Assembly: GCF_001194135.2 (NCBI RefSeq)
Contig: NC_068985.1
Coordinates: forward strand, 94,467,096 to 94,519,539
DNA from: Octopus bimaculoides
Taxonomy: Eukaryota
Direction: 5' to 3'
Length of the DNA stretch: 52,444 nucleotides
The position numbers and the translations under genes are program-made. The notes beneath the pieces were generated by a model, which saw only the letters and a program-made list of their open reading frames with translations, was not told the origin of the DNA and did no database searches. Below, piece by piece: positions 37,306-50,723 of this stretch. How positions within the stretch are numbered: the stretch's first letter is position 1; every line of letters starts with the position of its first letter.

Positions 37306-40300
37306 TACATGTTTCTATAGTTTTCATGTGTATATGTTTATATGTATGCATGCACACACACACATACACGTACACACGCACGCACGCACGCGTGCATATA
37401 TATGTGTGTGTTTGCTTATTTGTGAATGTGTATGTCTGTTTGTGTGTGTTTACAGATTTAGTGAGGAAAAATCACAGCAGAAATCACCACAAAATTTCAT
37501 CAAATTATATCTCATGTAATTTGATTGTTATACGCATATTTCATTTTCTCTCTCCATTATTATTAACAGAATACAGCATATATGAGACCTATTTTCCGGA
37601 TCAATATAATTGTCAGAATCTTGCGGTTCAGAAGCATAAAAATCAGTAAATTAACAAATACTTCATTTTTGTTATAAACGTAAGTTGTCTGTAGAAATGC
37701 TTCTCAAAATATTTCTTATATTACAACTGAAAGCCTAATAGGTAATTACGTATTGTCATCAATGATGACCATCATTTGCGTTATTTTCATTAATGACTTA
37801 ACGTCCATCATATTATCAGTATAAATGTAATTGAAATATTTTTTCATCGTGCTTTACAGTACAATATCTTTAATACGTATTATACAGTTCTGTTACATCT
37901 ACTGATCCAAGATCATTTAATTTAGAAGTAATGTAATATATTATAAATTTCTTTAGTTGCTGCAGACCTATGCTTCTTATCAGCTCTGTTTTCTGCTGTG
38001 CAGTTTAATATAATCTATTCAAATCAGCTATTTGTTCCCTAACTTTTTAATCCTCAACAATTACAAATTGTATTAATTGCACTTCAAGTTGTAAATTCAC
38101 TAATATCTTAATTCACAAATAAATATGGCTTACTCCACATTGAATATTATTAAAGACACTAATAATTAAACCATCAGTTGAATACAAACGTTAAACTATT
38201 ACGGGGTTAATACCTATAATAACTCTATTTTGTTTCTTATCACGAATTAACACAATATGTATTTAAATGTGTGAAGAACCAAAATATTTTGTGCCTCTGT
38301 ACAATGTACTAAAATTAATTCTGATCCTGTAGAATAGGTTTTCTCAAGGGAGTTTGCAATACCGTACTGGGAGAGGTAAGCAAATATATAGGGCGGGAAA
38401 CATAAGAAGCATGAGCATTTTACTCCCATATCATGTACTAAAGTCGTACATTTTGTTTGTCCATATCTGCAATCTATCGAAACAGCATATGGTCAATGGC
38501 ATTCCAACTCTGACCACTCTGTCTTAGCCCATAAAATGCTGGGATTTGTACTTATATAGCATGAACTGATGAGCATATTTTATGAAAATGAGACTACCAT
38601 GCACTCATAAAAAAGCACAAAAAAGTTAAAATATCTTCTTAGTATATAATGGTGACAAGTTTTACATCAACTGAAAATTCATTAGTTGAACTATCTCTTG
38701 ACAGACATTTCAACAAACGCCCATGAATTAAATGCATCTATCTGGGCCACGATCGTGCCTGCCGGCCTGTACCCGATGTCCTCCATCGTGTCCCGTCGCG
38801 CTTTCTGTATCAATTTTATATATATAGGGCCAAGAAAACGATTATCGTACCATACCGTACCATGTGGCGGTGTTCACCAGCAGAATCAAAATTTTCTAAG
38901 GCATTACAAGAGAAAAAGGAGAAATCAAACTACAACAGAAAAGGTCTCGACAAAACCAAAGACGCCCTCCACCGACATTACAATGCAGTCAATATTGTCG
39001 ACTCTTCTGTGTAAAAATTAGTCCACAGAATAAACAAAAGGAATCGTTCAGCAAAGAAGGAACTATATTCTCAGATACGAGATAAAACCAACGACGATTA
39101 CGTTGTAATTTGAGGTATAATTCGCTATTGTTTCTTGCACGTCAAGGGATCACACAGATTCTTTGTCATTATGTTGTTTTACATGTCAAATGTTAATCAT
39201 GTCCGTTGTAGTGTCAGACGATTTAAAGTTGGTGAATGAGAAAAATCATTGGGAGGCGACATATAGAGAGGCGCCTTTTATCATAACGGAAACTTATGTT
39301 ATAAATGAAAAGCTGTAGCATTCAATGTTATAAAAGGATATCTGAATTGTATGGAATTACGTAGTCACTCTACAAATTGTTGTCACGCTAAACATTAATG
39401 TAATAAGTTACTTTATATGACTTATGGTAATTTTCACTATTTTCATTTCTATTTTTAAGAAATAAAAATGTGCTGCGGAATTCAACTTTTATATAAATCC
39501 TTAAAATATCTAAGAAAATAACATCGTAAAGGTAATGCCTGGCAGGCTGGCTTTATCTTTTCAATAATGCGAATGTAAAAGCAAATTTACTGCTCTTAAG
39601 ATTTTTGGCTCAAATGCCGACGAAGGGTTTTGTGAGAATGAAAATAAAACTTAGTTTAGTATAAATGGAATTATAGCATCTCGGTTCAGAGCAAAAGTAA
39701 TCAGCTGGAAATAAATGACAAATGGAAGTGCATCTCCTTAAAAAGTTTTTTTAATTTTGTATTATCTCTATTCATATACAATGCGGTGTTTTCTATTTTT
39801 CCTGCTTAACCCGCGTTTCTTTCTTCTTCGATATTCTTTTTATGTCCACGTGTTTCTGTCTATTGATTTGTCGTCTCCATCACGTTCAAGTTAAGTCTCA
39901 ATATACTTTCTTAATGCCGGAGTAAATTTGAATGTATTGTGTTTATATAACCATATGCAAACCTGCTATTTCTTCAACCGTATCATTTTACTTGGACGTA
40001 TGCGAGAAAATGAGATTCGCGGAACATATTTTTGTATTTTTGTGTATAAAAATTAACGATTTCACTGATATCGTGATATCGAAACTGAAATTCGGTAGGT
40101 CTACACATATAAAAAAATGCAGTGGGGTCATTGGTAACTCAGATTAGTGGGGGGACGAAAAAAGTCTTTGTCGTGGAGCAGAAGTGGAATATATCCCAGC
40201 TTAGTCAAGGTTATGCTTTGTGGTCAAGAAGTCCAAGCGCTGTTCGGGCAGCAACAAAATGACAAAACTAAAATGAGACAATAAATTCAGCATATCAGAC

Positions 40301-41829
40301 TCAGAGTAGCTGAATACGGCCAAATAGCCTGTTGTAGTCTCACGGGATTGCATGTGAAGTAACAGAAGCGATACATGAATCTTAACAGTGACATAACCGT
40401 GGCAAATGTAATTTTATAGAGGGTCACGTCACTAATGCATGAATACGAAATAATTTTCTAGTTTTTGAAAATGTACTCTTTGAATTTCCTACAAAAAAAA
40501 ATGTTATGCATATGTGAAATGTATTGAAAAAGCGATGTGTGGACGTATGAAAGTATGAAACCCTTTTAAGCTGCTTGGAGACTGTATTTGCATCTTCTTT
40601 TTATAGATAAATTATTGTAGTGCAATTTGGTTTCTATTGAGTTACTCGATAGTTTTTATATATTATAGGAAAATAGTAAATGTCATTATGAATTATGAAT
40701 TTATATATCCAATATTTTATTACATTACGAATAATTCTACAAATCTCAATTAAAGATTTATATGCAGCATTAAAATTGAATAGACAGGGGTACATATGAA
40801 AGACTTGATTTACCTTTCCGAAATAAACATAATTTAGATTTTACAATAAGTATTGTCTGCTGCATACGTGTTTTTAAATGAAAATTGGAACGGAGGTTAT
40901 TACTAACAGTGTTATTGAAATAATTTCGTGAGTTGTTATCTTTTTCAGTAAAAAAAGTGTGGGCGAATTTATATATTGTAGCATGTATAATGTAGAACAA
41001 CAAACACGAAGAAAATATTGCAGATTTACTATCAAGCCGCAGGAAGTAAATGCAACATAACAATTCATACACTCCCTAACATATGTATTTAGATATAAAT
41101 AAACTCATACACACATTCAAATACGCACGCAAGGAAACGTGAACACACAGAAGCTTATGGCGTATTAAATTAGCTTGGATTTCGATGTACTAAGTACATT
41201 TATGTGTGTGTTGCGTGTGTACGTATGTTGTTGTGTATGGATTACACGTGTATTTTTTATGTGCACTGACATTCTCTTTCACCCACATATATAAATATAC
41301 ATATGGCATAATTACAGGTGAAGGCAAAATATAGAGTTTTCGATTCGCATAGAAATATACATTATATAGTAGAGAATATAATCTTGTTGAGATAAAATTA
41401 TCCCTCATTCACCGATGAAGTTATAAAAGTATTTAAAAAATACAGCAAAATACAAGTACACTCAATAGATAGATTTATTCGCTCCAGGACCAAAATACAG
41501 AAGTGAATATTTTAATGCTTGAAAAACCTGAAACAAGCAAATGATTTTAGTATAATACTATCACATATATTTTATATCAATTACTTATAATAACATGTGT
41601 ACTTTACACGGCATCTCTGTAATATTGTCAATATTCCTAGTACAAGAAAATTGAGTAAACAACGAAAGTAATGCAACAAACATATCTACATACACAGTTG
41701 AACATTTATATGAATGTGGATGGATATATAGAATGTTTTCTCTAGACTCTGGGCAGTTCGCGTCTATCGAAATCTACTCACAACTGGTAGGACCAAACAA
41801 GTTTATAGAAAGTGATGGGTGGTGATATC

Positions 41830-42640
41830 TAAAGCGGGTTTCATGTCAATTGGGACATTCATATAGATGATAGGGCAGGATTTTTGTTTGAAATCCTTCA
41901 GTATAATGTCTAGCATATTTGCTTCTATCTTTCTGTGAGTTTGCACTGTAAAATTCCTAAGGAATTAGTTGTGATCGTTTTCAAGTACTGGAGGTGGTTT
42001 AGGTTCCAACCAGTGTTTATTATGTGGCAGGTCTAGATCCTTGCAGATGACCCAGTGAATATACTGTGCCGCTCTCTCATGCCTGTTGAGATACTCTGTA
42101 GGCACATGAATGCTGCACATTGAGACAATATACTCAATGGTTTCTGCTTGTATTTACCATACACGAAATGTTGGGCTACTGCGGTCCTTCCAGATGTTGG
42201 CCTGGTAGTTTCTTGTTGGTAGTCATAGATATTGAGCTGCTATGATAAACCCCCTCTGTCTTTGAATGTAAGGCAGTTGACGCCCGTCATTGGTGGATAA
42301 GAGTTACGTCACTATCGGCATTATTAACTCACTTTGGATAATTACTATTGAAAGGTTTTTCTTGCAATTAATCAGCGAGACTATCTAGGGTTACATATTT
42401 AATACGGGTTTTCATACGTTTTGTTTTTTTCTCTGCTTGTTTCCAGTACATCTAAGTCTGGCATTTACTATATTTAGAATTCACTTAAATATTTCCTTGC
42501 ATGTTTTTTTTTTTTACTGAGTATCTGGTTGTGTTCATGATTTAAAACATGTTTTAGCATCCAGTCATCACAATTTTTCAGAAAAATGTTTAGGCGAATT
42601 GTGCCGATCTTCATTGTAAATTCAAGTAAAGTCATTCGAC
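41830..42640 (-). mobile_element. R4/Dong-like non-LTR retrotransposon relic (zinc-knuckle and restriction-like endonuclease region)
   Basis: Minus-strand translation: DDWMLKHV...SKTEGFIIAAQ..LPTRNYQANI...ETIEYIVSMC...EYLNRHERAAQYIHWVICKDLDLP..W.E.KPPPVLEND...FTVQTHRKIEANMLDIILKDFKQK (TEG+I.AAQ, RH+, RPD-like motifs, decayed). Confidence 0.88.
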
Positions 42641-42847
42641 ATCTGCTTTACGGCACTGCATTCAATTCATTCTGAACAATTTTCGAAATTTTCTATCAAG
42701 CTTACAGACTTACAACCTGTATGGCTAAAATATTAATCGTTTTAATTTTCTTGCGTTTAGCTATGTATTCAGTATTGCCCTCATTCTGTGATAACATACT
42801 TTTATGACCTTTTCCTGCGGCATTAAGTATTTGATTTTATCATCCAC

Positions 42848-42995
42848 TACGTTTTGAGATCAAATTCCGTCGCCGTCGACTTCCCTTTCATCCTTTTGTG
42901 GTCGATTAAAGAAGTACCAGTTACGCACTGGAGTCGATGTAATCGACTTAATTCCTTCCCCCAAATTGAAGTCCTTGTGTTTCTTGTAAAGAGGA
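42848..42995 (+). mobile_element. SINE family B, 5'-truncated
   Basis: gagatcaaattccgtcgccgtcgacttccctttcatccttttgtggtcgattaaagaagtaccagttacgcactggagtcgatgtaatcgac. Confidence 0.8.
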
Positions 42996-45811
42996 TTATC
43001 ATGATTTAAATATCCCTTTTTTCTAAACAATTGTATATATGAGATCAAATTTCTTGAAGTAATACCAAATTGCAGATTGCTATATGGGTTTCAGAGCCGG
43101 TTATTGGGAAGAAGCTTAGAATGTGCTCCACTGAGTTTCTGCAAAATTTTAGTTGACAGTTTACTCAAAGCGCAAATAATATTGTTCAGCTGGGAAACTA
43201 TGAGAAATTTAGAAACCAAAGTCTTTTGTAATCGAAAATACAAAAATTTAGCAAGAATCCATCTATCGAAATTAGGGTGTTGTTGAATTTAATTGAATTC
43301 AACTCACTGCTAATGGATTGCAAAATTCTATTCTATTCTGAACGGACGTTTTATTTATTTATTTTATCATTCCGAATAATCTAAATCAACAACACGTTTT
43401 TTCAATATCTAGCAAAGGTTAGGAACATTGAGAAATTTATGAATATATAAGTTTTATTTTGAAAGGTAATCGGCTAATCAGCCTTAAACGTGTGTTCGTA
43501 TGTATGTTACAGATATCTCTGGTCTATCAAAATTCCATCTGCGCTCAATATGAGTGTCATATATTTATTTATTAGCAGGGTTATGTCAGAAACATAAACC
43601 AATAATTTGGAGTATGGCGCTCCAAGTTTTCATTTAATAATGTTACAATATACGAGAATATATGATGCATACGATCATTAACGCACCACTAAGAAATTCA
43701 AATCATACCGAAATATTCAGTTGCTGGCAGATTAGTGGAATTCTGCACGCTATTTATCTATTGTGGCGTATTACATGTACTAGTTTGATTTTCAAGCAAG
43801 CTAATGAAAAAAAAAAAAAAGGCGCTGTGGTATTGTCAACGCAAAATGATGTTTTAAATGCAAACGTCGTTGTCATATTCTATTGAAGAGAAGACACTTG
43901 TTTTCATGCATTGCATCCACTTAGCTCTTCCCACCAAAGGCATTAAATGACTTTTCAAACTTTCTAATGGTAATGCACTTTCCGAGCCCATCATGGTGAC
44001 ATATCTGAAAGAACAAATACGATTATACTGCCCGTTTTACAGCTGGCTAATTGACAATTTATTTATTCCTTTTCGAAATACTGTACCGTTGTCATTTTCC
44101 CCAATTATATCGTTATATACACTCAACTCATAATCGGAGATATAATACCACACACTCATTCTCTGACTCTTAACCCCCATGCACAGATATAATGGAAACT
44201 ATGATACCGGCTCAATTGTAACAATTGTTCCTTATCTATTAGAGTATTCTAAGATATCTTTTTAATCGTACTTTCTTCTATACTATGACCAATATTCACT
44301 CCCACTTTTCATTAATATACCTCTATACTATATAGTAATATATAAGAAGCACGTTTCTTTTCTGGTGGGATATAATGCGTTAGTTTATCATGATTTACAA
44401 TATTACATCAAATAGGTAATGTTTCAGATACATTTACCTACGTTAGGTATTCTTTTATTATTTCATTACTTTATAGATTTGTACCTTGTATTTCCATTTA
44501 TTTAGGTTAATTACCGTAACTTAATATGATACAACATTCATGGTTACCTATATTTACTATCCATCTTTAATTTCTTTCCTTCTAAACGTTTATTTACGTA
44601 ATTGGTCGAATATGAAAATTTACTCTTTTCACAAATCCATTGGATTCTCTCCCTTTCTCCTTCCATTTACAAAAAAAAAATTATTACCATTATTATTAAT
44701 TTTAAGAATTTTCTGCGGTTCTTTATGTCTTCCTTTAATTTAAACTCTTAGTATAGCGTTCATAGCCTCTCTCCCAAAACAGCTCCCTGTAAACTAGCGT
44801 TCTTGTTTCTAACGGTCATTTAACTTAGCTATACAGTGTTATTCCTCTTACGTAATCTTTGCATTCTGCACAAGTCTTGCATTTGTAAAATGGTTCTCTG
44901 AAGATAAAATTATATGTATAAACCAGCATCGCTTATTCCTTTCAAGTAGAGTGCATATACTTTTTGAAACATGTGTAGGAATTAGAGGAACTTTAAGGTA
45001 TGGGTGAGCATGAGGAGGATTCTTCAACCCTCTCATTTAAAAAGCTTTTAGTAGAAAAAATAATGAAATAGCATTCTGTTGTACAAAGATTACAGTATTC
45101 ATCTAGTGGATATAAATTTCCATCTAATTTTAAAGTTAATATTCTTATATTTTAATCGCCAGATAACTTTATTCACGTTGAGGAGCATTTGGTAGAATTT
45201 CGGAAAGAAAGCTCAAGGTTAGACACTTGAGCTTTAATAAGCCTTTTGCAAGAACCAGTATAGGAGTAGTGTTTACCGGCAGGTTCCACAGTGTTTTGCT
45301 ATACTACTAAACTACTACAATAGTAAACCTTACTAATATTTCCACAGGGGATTTCATGTCGCGATGAGTGATCTCCCCGTGATTGTTAACTTCACGTTTA
45401 GCGTAAAATGATATGTATCTAAATATATTTCGAGTTACTGATTATCCATATCAGAAACCACCGCTGGAGTGTAATTCACCGTACTTATTTTTACTTTTGT
45501 TGAATTGTATATTTATTTTCTTGCGTATTATAAAAGATTACATTAGATTTCAGTGGTTTGATGAAAGGCAAAATTAGCGATAAGACATATTTGTTAGTTC
45601 TATTATTCCGGCTTCCTTATCAGGCTTAAATAGCTGAAGAAAGAAAGCGTTAGCTGTAAGTAATACAGACAACTTGAACTCGTGTCAAAGGTGCATATAA
45701 TGTAAAATTATAGATAGATATAATTCATTTATGTATAATATATTCATATACATACACACAGACACAGGCACACGCGCACACAGATACACAAACAGACACA
45801 CGTACTCATAC

Positions 45812-45848
<37 letters not shown>

Positions 45849-46050
45849 TTCTGTAACCAGTTCAAATGTGCGCGACACATATTCGCATCCGTAAAAAGTT
45901 TATTACGTGCATTTTGTCATATAGAATCAGTCTCACTCTAGACAAAGTGGTTTATAAATTTCAGTCAGATCGAGTGGCCTCTATTCAAATCGATGGAGCT
46001 ATGTAGCTTGAAGTAAGTCTCTTCTAATCAGCATCAGACACAGGGATACA

Positions 46051-46109
<59 letters not shown>

Positions 46110-46111
<2 letters not shown>

Positions 46112-46478
46112 GTCATTTGACTGTGGCCATGCCGGAGCACCGCCTGTAGTTGAACAAATCGACCCCAGGACTTATCCTTTGTAAGCCTAGTATTTATTTT
46201 ATCGGTAACTTTTGCCGAACTACGAGTGTACGGGGACGTAAACACACCGACATCAGTTGTCAAGCTACGGTGAAGAGGGGACAAATACAGACAGACTAAC
46301 ATATATATATATGCACGACAGGCTTCTTTCACTTTCCCTCAAACAAATCTACTCACAAGACTATGCTTGGCCCGAAACTACAGTATGCGACAGTCTCCCA
46401 AGGTGCCATGCTGGGAACTGAACGCGAAACCATTTGGTGGGAAGCAAGCTTTTTTGCCACACAGCAAACGCCTGCGCC
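46110..46478 (-). mobile_element. SINE family A, near full length
   Basis: Colinear with other copies. Confidence 0.88.
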
Positions 46479-46489
46479 TATATGTACAG

Positions 46490-47305
46490 CTATATACATA
46501 AAGGGCAATTTCTGTCTGTTTGTGGTTGTGTGTGAGGCGTCGAGAATTTACTATCCGAGACTATCCAACCGATCTTGATGAAACTTGACACGTGTGGAGA
46601 GCTTATGTCCACGCAGTCATCTACGGACGTGAGGATTTCAAAGAAATCAATAACTTTTAATCAGCAACGATTTTTCAAAAATCAAAAGGCTATTTCAACG
46701 TAAATTTTCATACATTATTTACATTTTGACGGATTTTGTCCTAATCTTGTTTGTTGTCAACATAGAACTAAATTTTCATGCGAATTTTATTTTCTGCCAT
46801 AACGTTTAAAGTTTTGAATTTATTTTCTTGAATATGGGCTAAGGATGTGTTGAGACGAATAGATTTTTACCTAGGCCTCCCAAGCAAAGCGTAAGATGAT
46901 TAACTGATTAACGAAATTTGGCCTAAATTTTTGTCGGCTTAAAATATTCTTCAATATTTCAGAATTCTCAGGTTGCTGTAACATATATTTTCTTAACACC
47001 TGTACTCAAAATTATCGATTCTAACCGTTGCAGCATTATGTGCTAAAACATGTAACATGTATTTTCTTAGCACCTACACTTAAAATTATCCATTGTAAGT
47101 GTGGCAATGTTGTGTACTAAAACATGTAACATGTATTTTCTACACTTACATTTCTCGCTTCTAGCCGATGCAATCGATATTTGATTCTCACGATCAGTGG
47201 AGCTATACTCATAAAACACAGTCATAAAGTTAAGTGTATGAGCACTTAATATTTTCTCTGGGGTTGCAAGAAAATTTTCCCCCAAATGACGAAAGTCATC
47301 GCTAC
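46490..47305 (+). mobile_element. Helitron-type non-autonomous element (boundaries approximate)
   Basis: 5' ctatatacataaaggg...ctgtctgtttgt...ccgatcttgatgaaacttgacac; internal 74-bp tandem repeat; putative 3' hairpin ATGAC-gaaa-GTCAT (47286-47299). No clean CTRR terminus is seen. Confidence 0.45.
46977..47141. repeat. 74-bp tandem repeat, about 2.2 copies
   Basis: Units start at 46977, 47051 and 47125 (tgtaacat.tattttct...). Confidence 0.88.
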
Positions 47306-47329
47306 AATACAATCCACGCTGCAATACCA

Positions 47330-47790
47330 TATTAACAACGGAATCTGAGATAGTTCTGATACGCTACACCAGGAAGATTACATTGGTGGAATAGCTGAAC
47401 TACTGGGAAAGACTGAAATAATTACGACTCTAGTCCATAGAGCGAAGACGGGAGAGACATGCAGTGATATACGTGCGGAATATCCTGGGGAAGGTGCCAC
47501 CAAACTCTGGTAAGGAGACATATACCAACCCCCGATCTGGACGTTACTGCACTGTTCCAAAGATCCAAGCTACCCCGTCTAAAGTGAGGTCTATGTACTG
47601 TAATTGATTGGGATTTGAGAGCCTACAGCTATTTAACACGCTGGCAATACACCCACGAGATCTTCACGGAGTACGGATAGATGGTTTCAAGAAAAAACTT
47701 GACCTACTGCTATCCCTGATAACCCTATAACAAGGCAGGTAACTCACACGGGGGCAGTATTATCAAACACCCTCCTTCACAAAAAGAAAA
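47330..47790 (+). mobile_element. CR1-group (CR1/L2/Crack-like) LINE 3' fragment, degenerate
   Basis: IRYTRKITLVE*LNYWERLK*LRL*SIERRRERHAVIYVRNILGKVP...FKKKLD, the Y.ERL..L.L.SLE.RR motif of CR1-group RT C-termini. Confidence 0.8.
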
Positions 47791-48036
47791 AGCACATGAG
47801 ATTGGCCAATGAAAAGATGACTACACTGGCGGTGATCCAGCATGGCCACATTATCGAGACGGAAAAAATAAAAATCAAGGTGTTAACTTCAACTGGACTG
47901 CATCTGGACATCAACTCAGAGCGTATAGAGGCAGAACAATTGCCGTGAAGCAGCACTTTAACGAGTTTGCAACGCCTTCGACGACATCCATCCAGAAAAA
48001 CATATGCATACATAATATATATACATATATACCCTG

Positions 48037-48400
<364 letters not shown>

Positions 48401-50074
48401 AACTATATGTATCATTTATGTAGGCGTACGTATCGTAGCCCAGCTATAAACGTTTCATATTTCCGCAATAATCTCGATCATGAATATTAAATACCGAAAA
48501 ATGTGACACCTTCACCTGAAAAGAAGATGAACATAGACTTCCTTAAATCATATTCTAAAAACACATCCTGAAGCATGTTTTTTTTTGTGCGACTCTGTAT
48601 TTGCTGATGTTTGTATGAAAAATATTGATAAAGAAGACATTATCACACCGTTGCAATCTACCTCTTATTTAATATGGAGTGTCAAGTAACGACAAAAAAT
48701 TGTATTCTCTTTCCCAGTATTGATCAAAGCGTAATGTTTAAATCTTTACCAATTACTTGCCTCGTCTCATGTTACTAAACTTCAACCTATTCATATTTGT
48801 CTATACACACCTTTGATATTATATTTGCACGAAAACATATAAAGCGACAAATATAGTATCTTGCATTGTGTCAGGATATAGGAATACACCTTAAGTAAAT
48901 CTTTTAGCATCCATCCCATGTTGTGTGTTCAGACGACCGAGTTGATACCCCTTATTAAAGAGTATACAGCGTACAACCTTCTCTTCTGTAAATATTGTTT
49001 CGAATAACTATAAACATTACATAGGAATGATTAATCACTATTTTCTATTATGTATTTTTGCTCAGGTGCATTTAATATGGAATCTGCAACTACATCCGAT
49101 CTTCCTGCTGATTGTTTTCTAAGAGGAAACGTAAAGCGGTATTTGGCTGTGGGTGGATAAATAAATTATAGTGTACAGCTCAATTTATTGCAGTTATCAT
49201 TTTCCGAAATATGCACCAATTAATTTCCTTTGTAATGTTTAATAAACACAATTCATTCCTTTCACGCAGGCGTCAGGTGTTTTAGGTCTTTCTCAAGTTG
49301 AAGAAAATCTTTCAGGTATAACAACCTGCGAGAACGTTATAACTGAATAGCATTGTGCTGTTATATGTCAAATTTGGCATAAAATGCTATACAGTACGAT
49401 CAGATATATGAGGATTTACCGCAAAATAATCTTTCGTTTTAGGATTTTACTGATGACTGAATGAGAAACACAATATAACAGGAATCGACTGCGTTGCTTC
49501 GGGTAGTTTTTACCTCGAGTATCTGGTTATTTAATTTCAAAAGTGTAAAGTTAATATAAACCATGGTCCTTATCTCTCACGCAACATTTGTTCACTTTGT
49601 ATCAATGGACCTCCTCTTACGTACAATTTCAATGTTTCGTAGAAATTAATAATCAAATTATTTTTGGTAATGAGTTGATGATATCATAAATTTTAAGAAT
49701 GCTTAAGTATTTAGGATAATTACAGTCTCATAAGGGAATGTCCGCAGGAAAATAGATATTCAACTAAACTTACAAACAAAAATATCCTTAGAAATATCCG
49801 ACTCATTAATTCATTAATTGAGTATGCTTAACGAGATCTGCATAAATCCAGCAGAGAAAAGTCAAAGCATCAGCAGCTCCATAACAAATATCAGGGACTA
49901 AGAATATCAGACTAATAGAAGACATGATTATATGGTTAGTTAGAAATCCTTGTCCTCTGAATGAAAACGCCATGGATAAAGGTTGATGCTGAAGCAAAAT
50001 AAAATGCCAAGAAAAGCAACAACAAGGGTTTTAGACAAAGACATTTAGATGTGTATGTGTGTACGCCCACTCGT

Positions 50075-50262
50075 ACGATTCAGTATGATATACAATGTGA
50101 CAAAGTTGGCATTTTGAAAGACAGGCACTATGCATTTTTGCCAGTTGTGTGGACTAGAGGCACGAGAAATAAAATATCTTAAAAACACAAAGCACTACCG
50201 AGAAGCTAACGCATAGCCTTTCGGGTGTGAGCATAATACCCTAACCACTAAGCCAGGTGCCT
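50075..50262 (-). mobile_element. Degenerate tRNA-derived SINE (family C-like)
   Basis: Minus head aggcacctggcttagtggttagggtattatgctcacacccgaaagg has an A-box-like tggcttagtgg; the body is decayed. Confidence 0.45.
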
Positions 50263-50723
50263 TAGTATATGTGTTTTTGTATTATCACACTCGATAAATT
50301 CTATTCACTTTCTGGCTGCAGAAAACTTATAGGTATCTATACATTATTGGCACTATAGAATTGCGGCAAGTTTAATGCAATATTTAAATTCATTATTTGT
50401 AATATTTTTGCATTAACTTACATCATGATCTCATGAAAAATGTGAGAAATATACATGCATGTTGCAAGACTGCAATATACATGTATATTGCGACTTCATT
50501 ATACATGATAGAAATAAGAGAATTAAATATGTCATGCATACACACACACATTCACACACACACACATACATCTCAGATATATGTGCATACATTTGAGTAT
50601 ATANNNNNNNNNNNNNNNNNNNNNNNNNNNNNNNNNNNNNNNNNNNNNNNNNNNNNNNNNNNNNNNNNNNNNNNNNNNNNNNNNNNNNNNNNNNNNNNNN
50701 NNNNNATATATATATATATATAT

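Noticed and set aside
38410-38530. Minus-strand peptide ending HDMGVKC, reminiscent of an SRCR domain end
   Set aside because: It contains an in-frame stop, lacks the GxE..L motif and has the wrong cysteine spacing.
38565-38590. CTGATGA...GAAA motif (also at about 49453-49475)
   Set aside because: No stem II, stem I or stem III pairing; chance match.
38740-39020. Locally GC-rich patch with open frames on both strands
   Set aside because: No recognisable protein motif and ambiguous splice signals; left unannotated.
45208-45235. 10-bp perfect hairpin aaagctcaag/cttgagcttt
   Set aside because: Isolated, with no associated element; expected occasionally by chance in AT-rich DNA.
49066-49130. 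65-nt plus-strand candidate exon (AFNMESATTSDLPADCFLRGN)
   Set aside because: Short, with a weak donor and an unrecognised peptide; indistinguishable from chance.
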